From: Callorhinchus milii
Lineage: Eukaryota
DNA length: 64,000 nt
Reading direction: 5' to 3'
Assembly (NCBI RefSeq): GCF_018977255.1
Contig: NW_024704743.1
Location: forward strand, 77,936,001-78,000,000
This document shows, in pieces, positions 28,060-40,138 of this stretch. A program made the translations under genes and the position numbers. How positions within the stretch are numbered: position 1 is the stretch's first letter; each line of letters opens with the position of its first letter. The notes under the pieces were generated by a model. That model saw only the letters and a program-made list of their open reading frames with translations, was not told where the DNA came from and made no database searches.

Positions 28060-28455
28060 TATCAGCCAGGTTCAGTCTTTAGCACTCTCACCTTTAGAAG
28101 GTTGTGAGTTCAAGCCCCACTTCAGTACTTTGAACTCACAGTCTAGGCTTACACTCTGATATAGTGCTGGAGGAAGGATTACATTGTAGGAGATGCAGTC
28201 CTTTGGATAAGATATTAAACCAAGGCCACATCTGTGTGTCCAGGTGCTTGTTAAACATTCCATGAAACTACTCAAAAAGAGAATGGAGTTTTCTCCCAGT
28301 ATCCTGGCCAAAAATCCCTCAGATAAAATTGGTTACACACTTCATGGCTGTTTGTGGGAGATTGTTATTTGCAAAGTCCATTTACCTACAAATACACATC
28401 TTTGAAATGTCCTCCTGACAACAAAGGTGCTAAATCAAATACAAGGATTATTGTT
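28060..28455 (+). mobile_element. Second, older tRNA-headed DeuSINE family (SacSINE1-like)
   Basis: Head AGAAGGTTGTGAGTTCAAGCCCCAC; body TTAAACCAAGG...GGAGTTTTCTCCCAGT...GGCTGTTTGTGGG. Related pieces at 4730, 14760(-), 40139, 44155, 44598, 57840(-) and 58340. Confidence 0.7.
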
Positions 28456-29468
28456 GGCTATCCACTTTCTCATTATATTGTTTTATCATTTATCTGCCCA
28501 TAATCACTTCCTCACCCTCTTGAAGCAATTCATACATCTGCTTCAGTGTCCTTGCCCTGTAATGTATTCCACAAGACTAATGTCCTTTGAGTAAGTATAA
28601 TTCTCACTAGATCACATCTCAAAGGGGAAATTCCTCTCACCAATAAAGCTAGTGACTTTGATAATGTGTGCTCTAATGAGAATTTCCCGTTATGCCCACA
28701 TGTCATCAAAGTCACCTAGCAACAGAAGGAAATTCTTGCCTCTCTTGTTACAGTGTTCATAGACAGCATAGGTAGCCTGCAGTTAAAAACTAAACAAGAC
28801 AACCTTCATATTGGAGTCTCAGCAGTGAATGAAGCGCACGAGAAATGGAATAACCATTGTGGCTGATGTTGTCCAGATCTTTTCCAATTCTGCATCCATG
28901 TTAATTCTGAACTGCAGACGCACCTTTTAAAGGGCAAACATGTTTTGTACTAAAATATTCCATTGAAGTTAGGGACAGCCCTTATGGTGGATAATCAGAC
29001 ACAAAGCAACACATTTGTGACCTTAGCTAGCCACCGCCCAAATTCAAGATACTTAGATGGAGGTACCAAGATAATTATTTTGTGCTATATTTTAGTGAAT
29101 TTAAAGTAAACTGGTTGATCTAACACTCCAAAAGTGTACATTTTCACAGGACAGTAAAGAAATCCTTCACACAGAGGGTGATGAGAATTTTGACCTCATT
29201 GCCGAACTGTGGTTGAAGCAAATAGCATCAATGTATTCAAAAGAAAATTTGATGTGTACACAAGGAAGAATAGAATAGAGTGGTAGAGGTGAGGAGAATA
29301 GAAGGGGTGGGGAATCGTGTGAGTTATAAATTCCAGCAAGCACTTGTTGGGCTGAATGGCCTGTTTCCGTGCCATATCACTGGATCTAACACTACGCATA
29401 TAACTAGCTCCTATGTGAAATGAGCTTGGGTGGCATCAAATCAGGTTCTGAATGGATCCAGCCTCAAA

Positions 29469-29785
29469 GTGGAGTCCTGTAGCTCAGTGGTTAGAGCACT
29501 CGCTTTGCAAGTGAGAGACCTGAGTTCAATTCCAGGCAGGGCGAAACCTTGGGCAAGTTTCCTTACTCCACACGCCTAATAATAATCCCTCCAAAAAAAT
29601 AATAACAATAATAAATTGGTCATTTTCAATCCATGACTGTTTGTGGGACATTGCTGTGCGCAATTGGCTGCCGCGTTCGCCCACAAATATACAGTCAATT
29701 CACTTTACAGAATATTCTGTGAAGCGCTTTGGGATGTCTAGAGGACGTGAAAAGTGCTATATCAAATGCAAGGATTATTATTATT
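29469..29785 (+). mobile_element. Full-length tRNA(Ala)-headed Deu-domain SINE, short form
   Basis: A box TAGCTCAGTGG; anticodon arm CTCGC-TTTGCAA-GTGAG (TGC); B box GAGTTCAATTCC; Deu-type CTGTTTGTGGGACATTGCTGTGCGCAATTGGCTGCCGCGTT; L2-like tail; (ATT)n. Confidence 0.93.
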
Positions 29786-30071
29786 AAAGTATAACATTGT
29801 TTATTATTCAGTTGCAAAATATATTAATGGGGAATCTCTGTGAGTATTCATAACAATATCTGTTGTGAGAAACAGAAAAGCAGCACATTGGTCATATAAA
29901 GGAATTGCGCACCATTTGAGTTACATTAATAACTTAAGAGGTGAAAAGAATATTGGAACTACCCAGGGAATTGAATGATTTCAACTTGCCAACAAAATGT
30001 AACTTATTTTTATTTTAATCATCCAGTACACCATGGACACATGACTGGGACACCAAAAACCTACAGAAGAT

Positions 30072-30072
<1 letters not shown>

Positions 30073-30113
<41 letters not shown>

Positions 30114-30487
30114 CCTTGCATTTGATATAGCGCCTTATCATGTCTTCGAGATGTCTCAAAGTGCTTCACAGAATATACTATAAAGTGAATTGACTGTTCA
30201 CTTTACAGTCAATTGCGCACATCAGTGTCTCACAAACAATTATGGATTGAGTGACTAAATTATTATTATTTATTTATTTTTGTTTATTTATTATTATTTA
30301 TTTATTTAGGGATTATTACTCCCGACAAAGCCCTCCACCAATCCACTAACAACCAGTTTCCTACTTACTGCTAGGTAAACAGAGACATATGGAGTAAGGA
30401 AACCTGCCCAACATTTCGCACTGCCCGGGAATCGAATCCAGGACCCCTCACTTGCGAGGTGAGTGCTCTAACCACCAGGACTCCATA
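30073..30487 (-). mobile_element. Full-length Deu-domain SINE, long form
   Basis: Reverse complement of the same family, with the extra TCTGTTTACCTAGCAGTAAGTAGG segment. (AAT)n at 30073-30113. Confidence 0.88.
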
Positions 30488-33400
30488 TTGTCAACATAAC
30501 GATTAAATATCAGAAATAAAAATAGCTCCAAGCATGGGACAATCTTAAAGTAGCATCAGGCTATTGTAAGGAAACTGTGACAATAATTGTAACAAGTTGG
30601 AGGCTTCTGCGATAACATGGGAATTGAAAATAATGAGTTTCATTCCAATTTTCCCCCAATTGCAGAGGCCTCTCACAACCATGCATCTCCCGTAAAATTG
30701 ATCTAAAAGGGTAAAAATTCTCTGCAATAACGTGTTCCTTCCATTCATGAAACAGCTTTGTGACGTTGCAAACACTGAAAATAAATTACTTATTAGCAGT
30801 TTGCTTCTATCTGAACTTCTGCAGAATTCCTCTTCCACCAAGGTTAGGTATATGTGGAATTGACTGAATTTTCAGTGAGTCCAGTTCTTTAAAAGTCAAA
30901 GGGGCTTTGTCGTGATTCTGGAAATATTACAACAGATAATTTTACAAATTTGGGGACCGCAGAACAGCTCAAGTATAAGGTGCCCTAATGAACTTCCAAC
31001 ACTATTCCTTTACAAATATGCTTTTCACTCTCACTTAACCAACACAAAAATCTTCAATTAGAATGGTTACCTTTAGACACCCCAGGATGTGAATGTTAGC
31101 AGACAACAGAGTCAGCCTGCAGTGGAAAGGAATCAAAGGATGATAAATGATAGCTGAGGTTTTAGCTTGCAGTCGTCATTTCATAGAGTCCTACTGATGA
31201 CCAGCTGACAGCTCTAATGCAAGGGTGTAAGGCACATGTTTGCCGTCTTAATGAAGCTATTCACCATTTACCACGGATCATTTTCCTTTTGATAAAAGGT
31301 TGGGCAAAATGCAAGTCTTCTCTGAATGTGTTGTTTTCTAACATTATTATAGAAAGACCAAATAAAAATGACAACAGGCCCTGGAGTCAAAATTCCTTTA
31401 GCCAAGCGGTAAAGTGGTCTGGATGGTAGACCCAGATAATTTTTTTNGCGGCAAATGTGAATACATGAAAATCGACAAGGTCAAAGTCTCTCAGCCGGAC
31501 TGTAGTCAATCAGAAAACAATTTCAGAAAGTAAATCTGACCCCAGTACAGCAAGCACAACGTGGTGATAATTGCTGCCTGGACATGGTAGCCGTAAATAT
31601 ACAGCAGTTTCAGTGGTACAGAAAAAAGATGCAATCTAGAGTGTGGCGAGGAAGGAGACTTGGCTCTGGAGAGAGATTGTCCCTGGCATCATGTGTTATG
31701 ACAATTTGGTGAACTTTCTTTTGTGGCCATTGGCAACAGTGTCCAGTGCAAGCAATGGAGGCCAGATTGGTTGGATGTGACATGTCGAGTAATTTTGCCA
31801 GTGGCTCCAGTATGCCCTATCTGAGGATAAGGGATGGCATTTAATGAGCTTAATACAACTGTGAGATGAGATGAACAGGATAGGATGAAATTTAGGGCTT
31901 AAGTTTAAAAACCCTCATGTCTTTCGTATTATTTCAAATTGGGAGAATAAAACCATGAACAAACCATATTGACTGCACATTTTCTTTGTAGAGGAAGACT
32001 ACGTATAATTGCAGTCAACAAAAGGGGACAGATGGATGGCCTTTGAATCTACAAGCACTGATGATGGTGGAGCAGATGATAGCAATAATACCCATCGAAG
32101 GAGATGGGTACTTGAAACTGCCTTTCTGTAATTATATAAACTTTGCATTCGTTACAATGCATTCGTTACAATGCATTTCACATTGGGAGGAGGTCTCAAA
32201 GAGCTTCTTAAATTTTCTTACATCCTAACAATCCTCATTTTTTTAATATAAATCTTAAACACAAGAGTATTTCATAACTGATTATCACATATAGTGTCAG
32301 TGCACTGTTTCATAACAGATTATCACATTGAATCTGTTGTGAAACATTGGATTTCACACACACATGCCCTTCCCATATATTCAATATGTATACATCGATT
32401 TCCTAACAAGCAAGCATTTAGTGGTTAAAAGTTCAAAACATGAGCTGTGGAAATCCAAAATTTATGAATTTGCACATCTCAATTTGATTTATGTGAAATA
32501 ATAATACACTATTTAATGGTTAAACATGGCTTGGAGCGATGCTGTGCTATCAAGATGTACAACGGAATAATGGATTTACAAGATGGATAACCCTTCTGAC
32601 TTGAGAAGCTTGTTTAAAAGTATTGTAAGATATTATTAAACTATATGTAATTTTACACTAACTTCAAACTGTAGGCAGATGGCAAATGATTACTGACAAA
32701 CCAGATACAGTAATGTCATAACTTAGTCACCAACCTTCACAAAAGTCAAAATTCACTGAAATTAAACGGATAAAACCCTGAAGTATTTTTTTTCTCCCTT
32801 TCCAAAAATGATTCCTACTGTTCATTTTGCATTTGCCTGCATTTGTTGAATTATCAATCGGTCTAGCATTCAGACGCAATTGTTATATTGCACATTAGTT
32901 TATCATTGCGTAATACGTAATTTTATTATTTTAATTTTTTTAAGGAAAACAGATGGTGGGAATCATCCAAATTGTGTGTGGCAAAGTGAGGTGATGGAGA
33001 TCGATATTCAGTTGGTTTGGGATTTCTCCTGATCCATACTTTATTGTTCATTTTTTTATTGATGAACTCCCCAGTGGCTCAGTTACTAGAAACATTGCTC
33101 AGTGTGAAACCCTGCAATATATAAACCAGGTTCTTTCCCCAGTCTGTGCTAAGGTTGTATGTCTCAAGCTGGGAAGCTACGAGTGACCTCAGTATCCCTA
33201 GGCAGGCGAGAATCAAAAAAAGTCAGGATTCATATGTGACACGTGTGTGTGTGTCAGATACCTGAATGAGTCACAGCCCAACCTCATGGAATTTTGCTCA
33301 ATTCCTGAAAATCTGGGTATCTTCAGGACTCATTATTTACAAATACATATGCAACTCTTATAAATTAGACCGCAATATCTAAGCTCAAACATGACAATGG

Positions 33401-36400
33401 GGCACATGGATGAGGCATCATCAAGTGCTCCTATTTCTCAAGGTTAAATGTTGAACAACGAATGCAATATCATTATTTAGCACTAAGTATTGTATGTCTT
33501 TAATGTGGACATCGGTCTGCAGGGAACAGCAATGTTTTGTTTTACAGCAGTAGAAGCCCTTCTGGGCTTTCACACTCTGTTATGTGAAAGAATAACTTGA
33601 CAAAACACTTTGGTGGTGTGTCAATCTTCAGAGTCTAGACTTTTGATTGGCTGTTAGACCAGACTGTAACAAACTGTTTTTCAGCCAATCAAAACCATTA
33701 CTTCACCTTTGCCACACCTCTCAAATGGTGGGTGAGAATGAATAGAAAGAGGGGAAAAATAAGAACAACATTTCAGGCTCACATTTGGAAGAAAGATGGT
33801 TAGTATCAACGACTGGTACAGGTTGCCAGGAGGGTGGTTGAGGCCAGGACACTGGACATGTTTAAAAATCAGCCTGATGTAGTGATGGGAGGAGGGTAGG
33901 GCAGGTATTCTGGAGGGATGAGATCAGATGGGATGAAGGCTCTTTGGTGTACAAATAACCTTGTCATCTTGTACAGTACCTTAAGTAAAAGAACAGCCAA
34001 TTTTAAAAGAAAAGTTATACAAGAGAACGGCTATAGAAAGAATAAGGGGGAGAAAGGGACAAGAGCATGAGCACAATTAAAGTGTTTAACATTTAAATAT
34101 AATATTGCATTTTTAATTTTGATTGTGATTGCTTAGGGTTACTGTTACAATGTTAAATTAATACCCAGTACTTGAGTAGTTTAATTGCTGTAATGTTGAT
34201 ATTTTTGTAAGGTGGTGGATGAGCTGGAAACATACATTCCAGCTCAGGGGCATTCCCCATGCCTGCTGGCAGTCTAGGGGTTAAATCCACAGCAGTTGTC
34301 ATTTTCTGAAGTGATTCCCCAAAAATAAGCACTTATGGACAATTCAATCAATTTGTAATTATTTGAGCTACTCTATCTTCATATGATGTGATTATTCCTC
34401 ACAGTTTGAATCCTTAGGAGGTTCTCCGCTTGTCTGTAAATTTACTGACCTTCTCAGTGTATGCTTCTTGTGGGAAGTCCCATTATCGGCACTTTGCCAG
34501 TAAGGTCAGTAAATCTGCCCACAAGCGGAGGAGCAATGAATTCTTTCGTCTCACTGACCAGGTTTCTATGTCAAACAAATTTTCTGCTGTTCTGGTCAAG
34601 GTCATGTGACAACAAACTGTTAAAAATTCAACACCGTCATAATAATATGTACAACCAAGAATTCCTTCATATAAAAAAACACAAAACAACACAAAACAAA
34701 TCAGGACATGTCAGAAAAGGAGAATAAAATAACGATTAATTTACTACGTGTAAATTAGTCTGTCTCTAACTATTTGCCCACGCAATCTTGCAATCAATAA
34801 AATCTGTTCAGTTCTGTGGTCTGGCACCTCAGCAAGCAGATTCTCCCTTCTGGCAATAGAGAAGCAAACGCAAAACACTTGGAAATGCTGCATAAGCAAA
34901 GCATGAGATTACAAAAGAGGTTCAGATGAAGAAGGCTCTTTCGGTTATTTGATCTCGTCCTTTCAGAATACCCATCCTACCGTCTTCCCATTAAAACATT
35001 GCGGCTTTAACTTCTCTTCTTGATGACCTGTTCCAGTCATTAATTACTTCGAAATGAAAATGGAAGTCATCTCTTTTTTGGTCAATAGCATCTACATGTG
35101 TGAAAGTAATAATAGTAATCCTAGCAATTGAAACAGTGCATTTCACATTGATAAACGTCTCAAATGGTTCCACAGGAATTACTGTCAAGTGTAGTGACTG
35201 CCTTTTGTAAATGAACATGGCAGCCAATAATAATATTAATCCTTGCATTTGGTATAGCACCTTTTCATGTTTAACAAAAACAGGATTTACTGTAAAGTGC
35301 AGTGACTGCATTTGGTAGGCAAAGGCGCCAGCCAATTTGCAAATAGCAATGTTACACAAACAGCCATGAATTGAATCATCATTTTTTCTTGGCGGCTTGT
35401 TGGCCAGCACACCAGTAGAAACTCCATATTGTTTTTGCATAGTGCCATTAAATCTTGTCCATCTGAACAGCAGAACGGGACTTTAAAGCCTCATCCAAAT
35501 TACTGAATACCCAGCGATGTGAGACAGTTACCATGGCATTGTTTTTTTATACCAATGTTAGAGTTGGAGGGCTGCAAGGAATAATAATAATAATGACATT
35601 CTTGCAGTGAAAATGTATTGATTAGCTTGAAGCACCTCCAGTCACTGGGTTTGCCATTACTAGCCCTTGTTACCATTCCATTGTCACTCAGTCCACTTAG
35701 AAGGCAAAGAACCATTGAGATAGTTTTGCCCCTGATGACCACTTCCTTAAGAGATGGTAGATAAACCAGGGAAACAAGCAGAAAGCTAAGTTACCTGACA
35801 CTCAGGTGCAGTTCCTGACCTCCACTACCATTATGTGGATAGCAAATGATCCTATAATGTAGGGAATAAACTATCCCATAAGATTTTGTGCAAGATGTCA
35901 TTGAATTGCTGATTTCATACGTTCAGTGATTACAATATGCATAAACACTTAGATCTTGGGACTTTTTAGTATAAAATGTTATGGTTGCACTATGAGCAAC
36001 ACTCAGATTCAGCAAAGACACTTAGACATCATTCATGGTGCAGTCATCACTGTAATATATAAGCATCAATAATTATGTAATTATGCATATGATTTATTTT
36101 GTTACATCTATCAATCAGATAGACTGGCAAGATCAATCTAATTGAACACGTGATCAGACAGCTATTTCACAAAATTGATAGTCTCTATCATTCAGGATTC
36201 TATGGTTGACCTACGGCCAAAGAATATGATTATTGTAGGAACATGTGATAGCATTGAAATGTACAGGCCTGGGTGAGACCATAGTTTGTGTTTCCTCGGG
36301 TTCCCTGTAACTTTATGTTGTACAAAGATCTGAGAAATCTTGTAAATTTTTATCTTTTTTCAGAGAAATGGTGTTTCATTTGCTCTTTGCAATAATAATA

Positions 36401-36434
36401 TATTCTAAAGAAGAGTAATGGAGAGGGGAATAAC

Positions 36435-37060
36435 TCAGATGCTACTCAGGTCTGTCGCAGTCATGCTTACAACAGTCATAAAGAAACGTGCTGCCTGGAT
36501 CATTCCACTTGCCTGATGAGGCCTGAAAAACTCCTGTGGGGAAGTAAAAAGAATAAAATATATAAAAACTATCAATGCAAGGCTTTCAATTCCGTTATGC
36601 TTTGCATCACAGTTGCAGATTACTCTTTTTGTATCCTCCACCTGGAACAGATCAATAACTTCTCAGACACTAAAACTCCACAAACAGTGGGGCCATAATG
36701 CTGAATGTGCTGCATTTAACAATGTAAACAACAACTGTCCTAATGCAACCTTGGGGTCCATATGATATCCATAAACCACACCAATTGTTTTCTTATGGTT
36801 CATGACGTTACTGAACTTCTTAATTAAATGAGTCTTGTTACTCACTTCCGACCACCTATTATTCCAGCTGTGAAGGCAGGATAGGAGGATGTCAAAAAAN
36901 TGATACGAGAGCTGGATTCCTTTCTTCTTTTTGAAATTCACTCAGTCTTTGGGCAATGGGGTTTGGCAATTGCTCCAGAATATTCAAAGCTGGTTTGCAG
37001 GAACTGTTCAGCACAGATATCAAAGACAGTCAAAAGCATACCTTTCCAGGGCTGAGGTTT
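36435..37060 (-). mobile_element. Probable decayed I/Nimb-clade LINE 3' end
   Basis: Frameshifted minus-strand remnants in the expected order: AKPALN, PKTE, WNNRWSEVSNKTHLIKK, RLH*DSCCL (RLRLGH-like), DLFQVEDTKRVICNC (zinc-knuckle-like). Confidence 0.4.
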
Positions 37061-38603
37061 GACAAACACAATGAATAAGACAGATTAAAAAGCCACTTGT
37101 AGATACTGTGCTTTTTTCCAAAGAGTAAGACACATCGAAACAAGTTGCATTTCTTTAACCCAAATGAAATGACTTACTTGAAATGAGCAAGACTAGACTT
37201 GTTATTAACTTGTGGAAATGACAAACACGTTTATGCCAAATGCTTATGCTCAATGTTCAGAAGGAAAATATGTCAGCAGTATAAATGGTTTAAATTAGTG
37301 GTCGGTGGGCAAAGAATAGAAAGCAGGAGGGGCTGAACTTGGCAACTGAAATATATACCACAAGGCTTGCCAAAGTTCCCAATGGAGAGCAAGCAGCACC
37401 CCCTGTAGGGAATCTGGGGACACGCTCCCTGCAATACAAAAATATATACTGTGCAACAAACTTTTTCCTGAGTTTCCACCGAATAGTTTCCTAAAGGAAA
37501 TATTTTACATTCAGAGATGTTAACTGTAATAATTATGTTAAGAAATCATGCTAAGAAACTAAAATGAGTTCAGTAATATGAAATGTATCAGTCCTGGGAG
37601 AATTGTAGGTCTGTCGTCATCTCATTTCACCCCATTCCGCCCCCCCCCCCACCCCACCCAACTCCTCTACCCCTCCCTCGCACACCAATGTGAAACAATA
37701 CTATTCACTGACTGCATCAGTAATTTGCAATGTGATGCTACATAGACATCCTGGGCTAGTAACATTGAATCCTATGGTATCATAAGACAGAAACGCCTGA
37801 TAGAATTTGGCACCTAAAAATGAGGTCAAAATGACATTATATTCCCCTGCTCCCATAATTCAAAAATAATCAATAAATGATTGTGTCGATTTTCCCTGGG
37901 ATTCCAAAACCGAAGAATAGAATTGGATAAATTGCAGGAATCCATCACGGCTGAAAGATGACTATTCAGTTAAAGCCCCACACAGAGCAATGTAAAGGGT
38001 CAATATGTAGACTATATTACAGAATGAATATGAATACTGCATCTGTTTCTCTGAGGGACTTCCATCTGAAGTGCAGTGAGAAAAAGCAATAAATTAATTC
38101 TTTGTTTGCTGAAGCTCTCTCACCTTATCTATCATGTAATCAATCAAAACTGTGACACAAATGTGTAAAGGACTGGGGATACAAAAGAATTCATATAAAA
38201 TGAGTTATTAACAGTATTGTCTATATAGATGGAAAGCTCTAACCAAACCATTAAAGAGTCATAAAGTGCAGCAATCGTGCTGCAGGCACTCTGGGAGACG
38301 CAAGGCCCGACTGTACCAGTCACATATCAGGCAAAAGAAAGATGGAGCTATCCACACTGTATTGTCAAAACGACTTCAGAATGCAAACATGGGAGTGAAT
38401 TCACCTGATACTGTATTAAGGAAGATAAATACAAAGAGCCTACTAAGACTGGTCGTGTGCTTACCAAAGAGATGATCATACCTAACCTAACCCACAAGGC
38501 ATTCCCTAAAATGGCAGGCAGAATGGAAATTCTGATTCATGTCAGAACTTTTCTTTAAAATTGCACTATCCCCTTTCCTGTGTCTTTTATGAAATCCGAA
38601 TTT

Positions 38604-38910
38604 GTGGAGTCCTGTAGCTCAGTGGTGAGAGCACTCGCTTTGCAAGTGAGAGACCTGAGTTCAATTCCAGGCAGAGGGCCAAACCTTGGGCAAGTTTCCT
38701 TACTCCACACGCCTAATAATAATCCCTCCAAAAACCCAAAACAATAATTAAATTGTTCATTTTCAATCTACGACTGTTTGTGGGACATTGCTGTGCGCAA
38801 TTGGCTGCCGAGTTCGCCCACAAATATACAGTTAATTCACTTTACAGTGTGTTCTGTGAAGCGCTTTGGGACGTCTTCCCGACGTGAAAAGCGCTATATC
38901 AAATGCAAGG

Positions 38911-38945
<35 letters not shown>
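38604..38945 (+). mobile_element. Full-length Deu-domain SINE, short form
   Basis: Near-identical to the copies at 53678 and 57332. (ATT)11 tail. Confidence 0.93.
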
Positions 38946-39635
38946 CATAAGTAAACAAAAAGACATCACCCCTAACTAGATTTTTACAATCAGTTTAAAC
39001 ATGTTCTTTCAAAAAAGAGTTACATTTTAGCTCAGTTAAACATTTATTGACAGCATGAGTACTGATGGAGTTGGCTAGTGAAAACAGCATCACTTAACTC
39101 TACAAACGCTCTCTGTCAAGCTTCACACTGCTTGTCGACCTGGGACCACATTAATCCATCAGAACGTGGCTTGCAGGGCTAACATGAGCCAAGTGGAAAG
39201 AGTCCCTGCTCTCAGTGACTGCTTGGATCTCCAAGTTTCGCTGCCAAGCCAGCCTGCAGAGAAGAACAGAGCAGCCTAACGGTGCCCGGAGTACAGAACA
39301 AGATCTAACAAGCGCTCCAGGATGCTACCCCACCTAAAGAGTGCTATATAAAGGTGAGTTGTTGTTGTCTCGTAAATGAAGTTCAAAGTTATTTTTCCCC
39401 CACAATAAAGACTGAAGTTTTTTAACAAAAATGTATTTATGTGTACTAGCTGTACCTGTTGCAGTTATGCATGCAACTAGTTTCATTTAATCAGCCTCTC
39501 TTTCATTTGGAATTTTTATTTGTCTTTGAAAGGCTTGATCATCACTCCTTAGGCATATCTATCCCTTAAGATTAAGAAAATGTGCTATTGAACACATGAG
39601 CATCCCTTCTTCACATATTTGCACATATTCTTTTG

Positions 39636-39702
39636 GGAGGACTCAGTGGGAGGCATCAGTAAGAGGACTCCTGTGGGAGAACTCCTGGTTAGGAGGACTC
39701 CT
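39636..39702. repeat. Degenerate minisatellite, about 5 units of GGAGGACTCCTG
   Basis: GGGAGGACTCAGT, GGGAGGCATCAGT, AAGAGGACTCCTGT, GGGAGAACTCCTG, AGGAGGACTCCTG. Confidence 0.65.
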
Positions 39703-40138
39703 GACACACAGGCAGACATTTCATCTTTATCTCTTTAAGTGTGTGACCTCTGTCACTACTTTGTGGCAGAATACTATGCCTACCTTTTTGTGGGCTTAAT
39801 TAAAGCATTTTTTATTATATTTTTTAATGTAGCTCATAAACAATAGGAGATCCCCAAAAACAAATATGCCCATGACGCTCTCCCATACAAGACCTTTCCG
39901 ATGGGTATAATTCATGTCTTTATATCAATCAGTTATTGCGTTCTTGACGGATACACAGACAAACACAAACATTTTGCCTTTATTGGTATAGATATATATA
40001 TACGACCATAGCTGCAAATTCAACATTTTTTTTTAAATGTCAAGGGTGTTTTTTGTTTAATAAAATGGGTAGGTAGCTGCAGTTCTATTTTTTTAAATGC
40101 CAAAGGTTTTCGAAATAATTTTCACAAAATGGGCTATT

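Noticed and set aside
29471..29545. tRNA-Ala(TGC)-like genes (also at 38606, 46430, 53680, 57333)
   Set aside because: They lack a proper acceptor stem and run straight into a SINE body and tail; they are SINE heads.
39636..39702. CRISPR-like repeat array
   Set aside because: Short degenerate units with no unique spacers, in a eukaryotic context with no cas genes.
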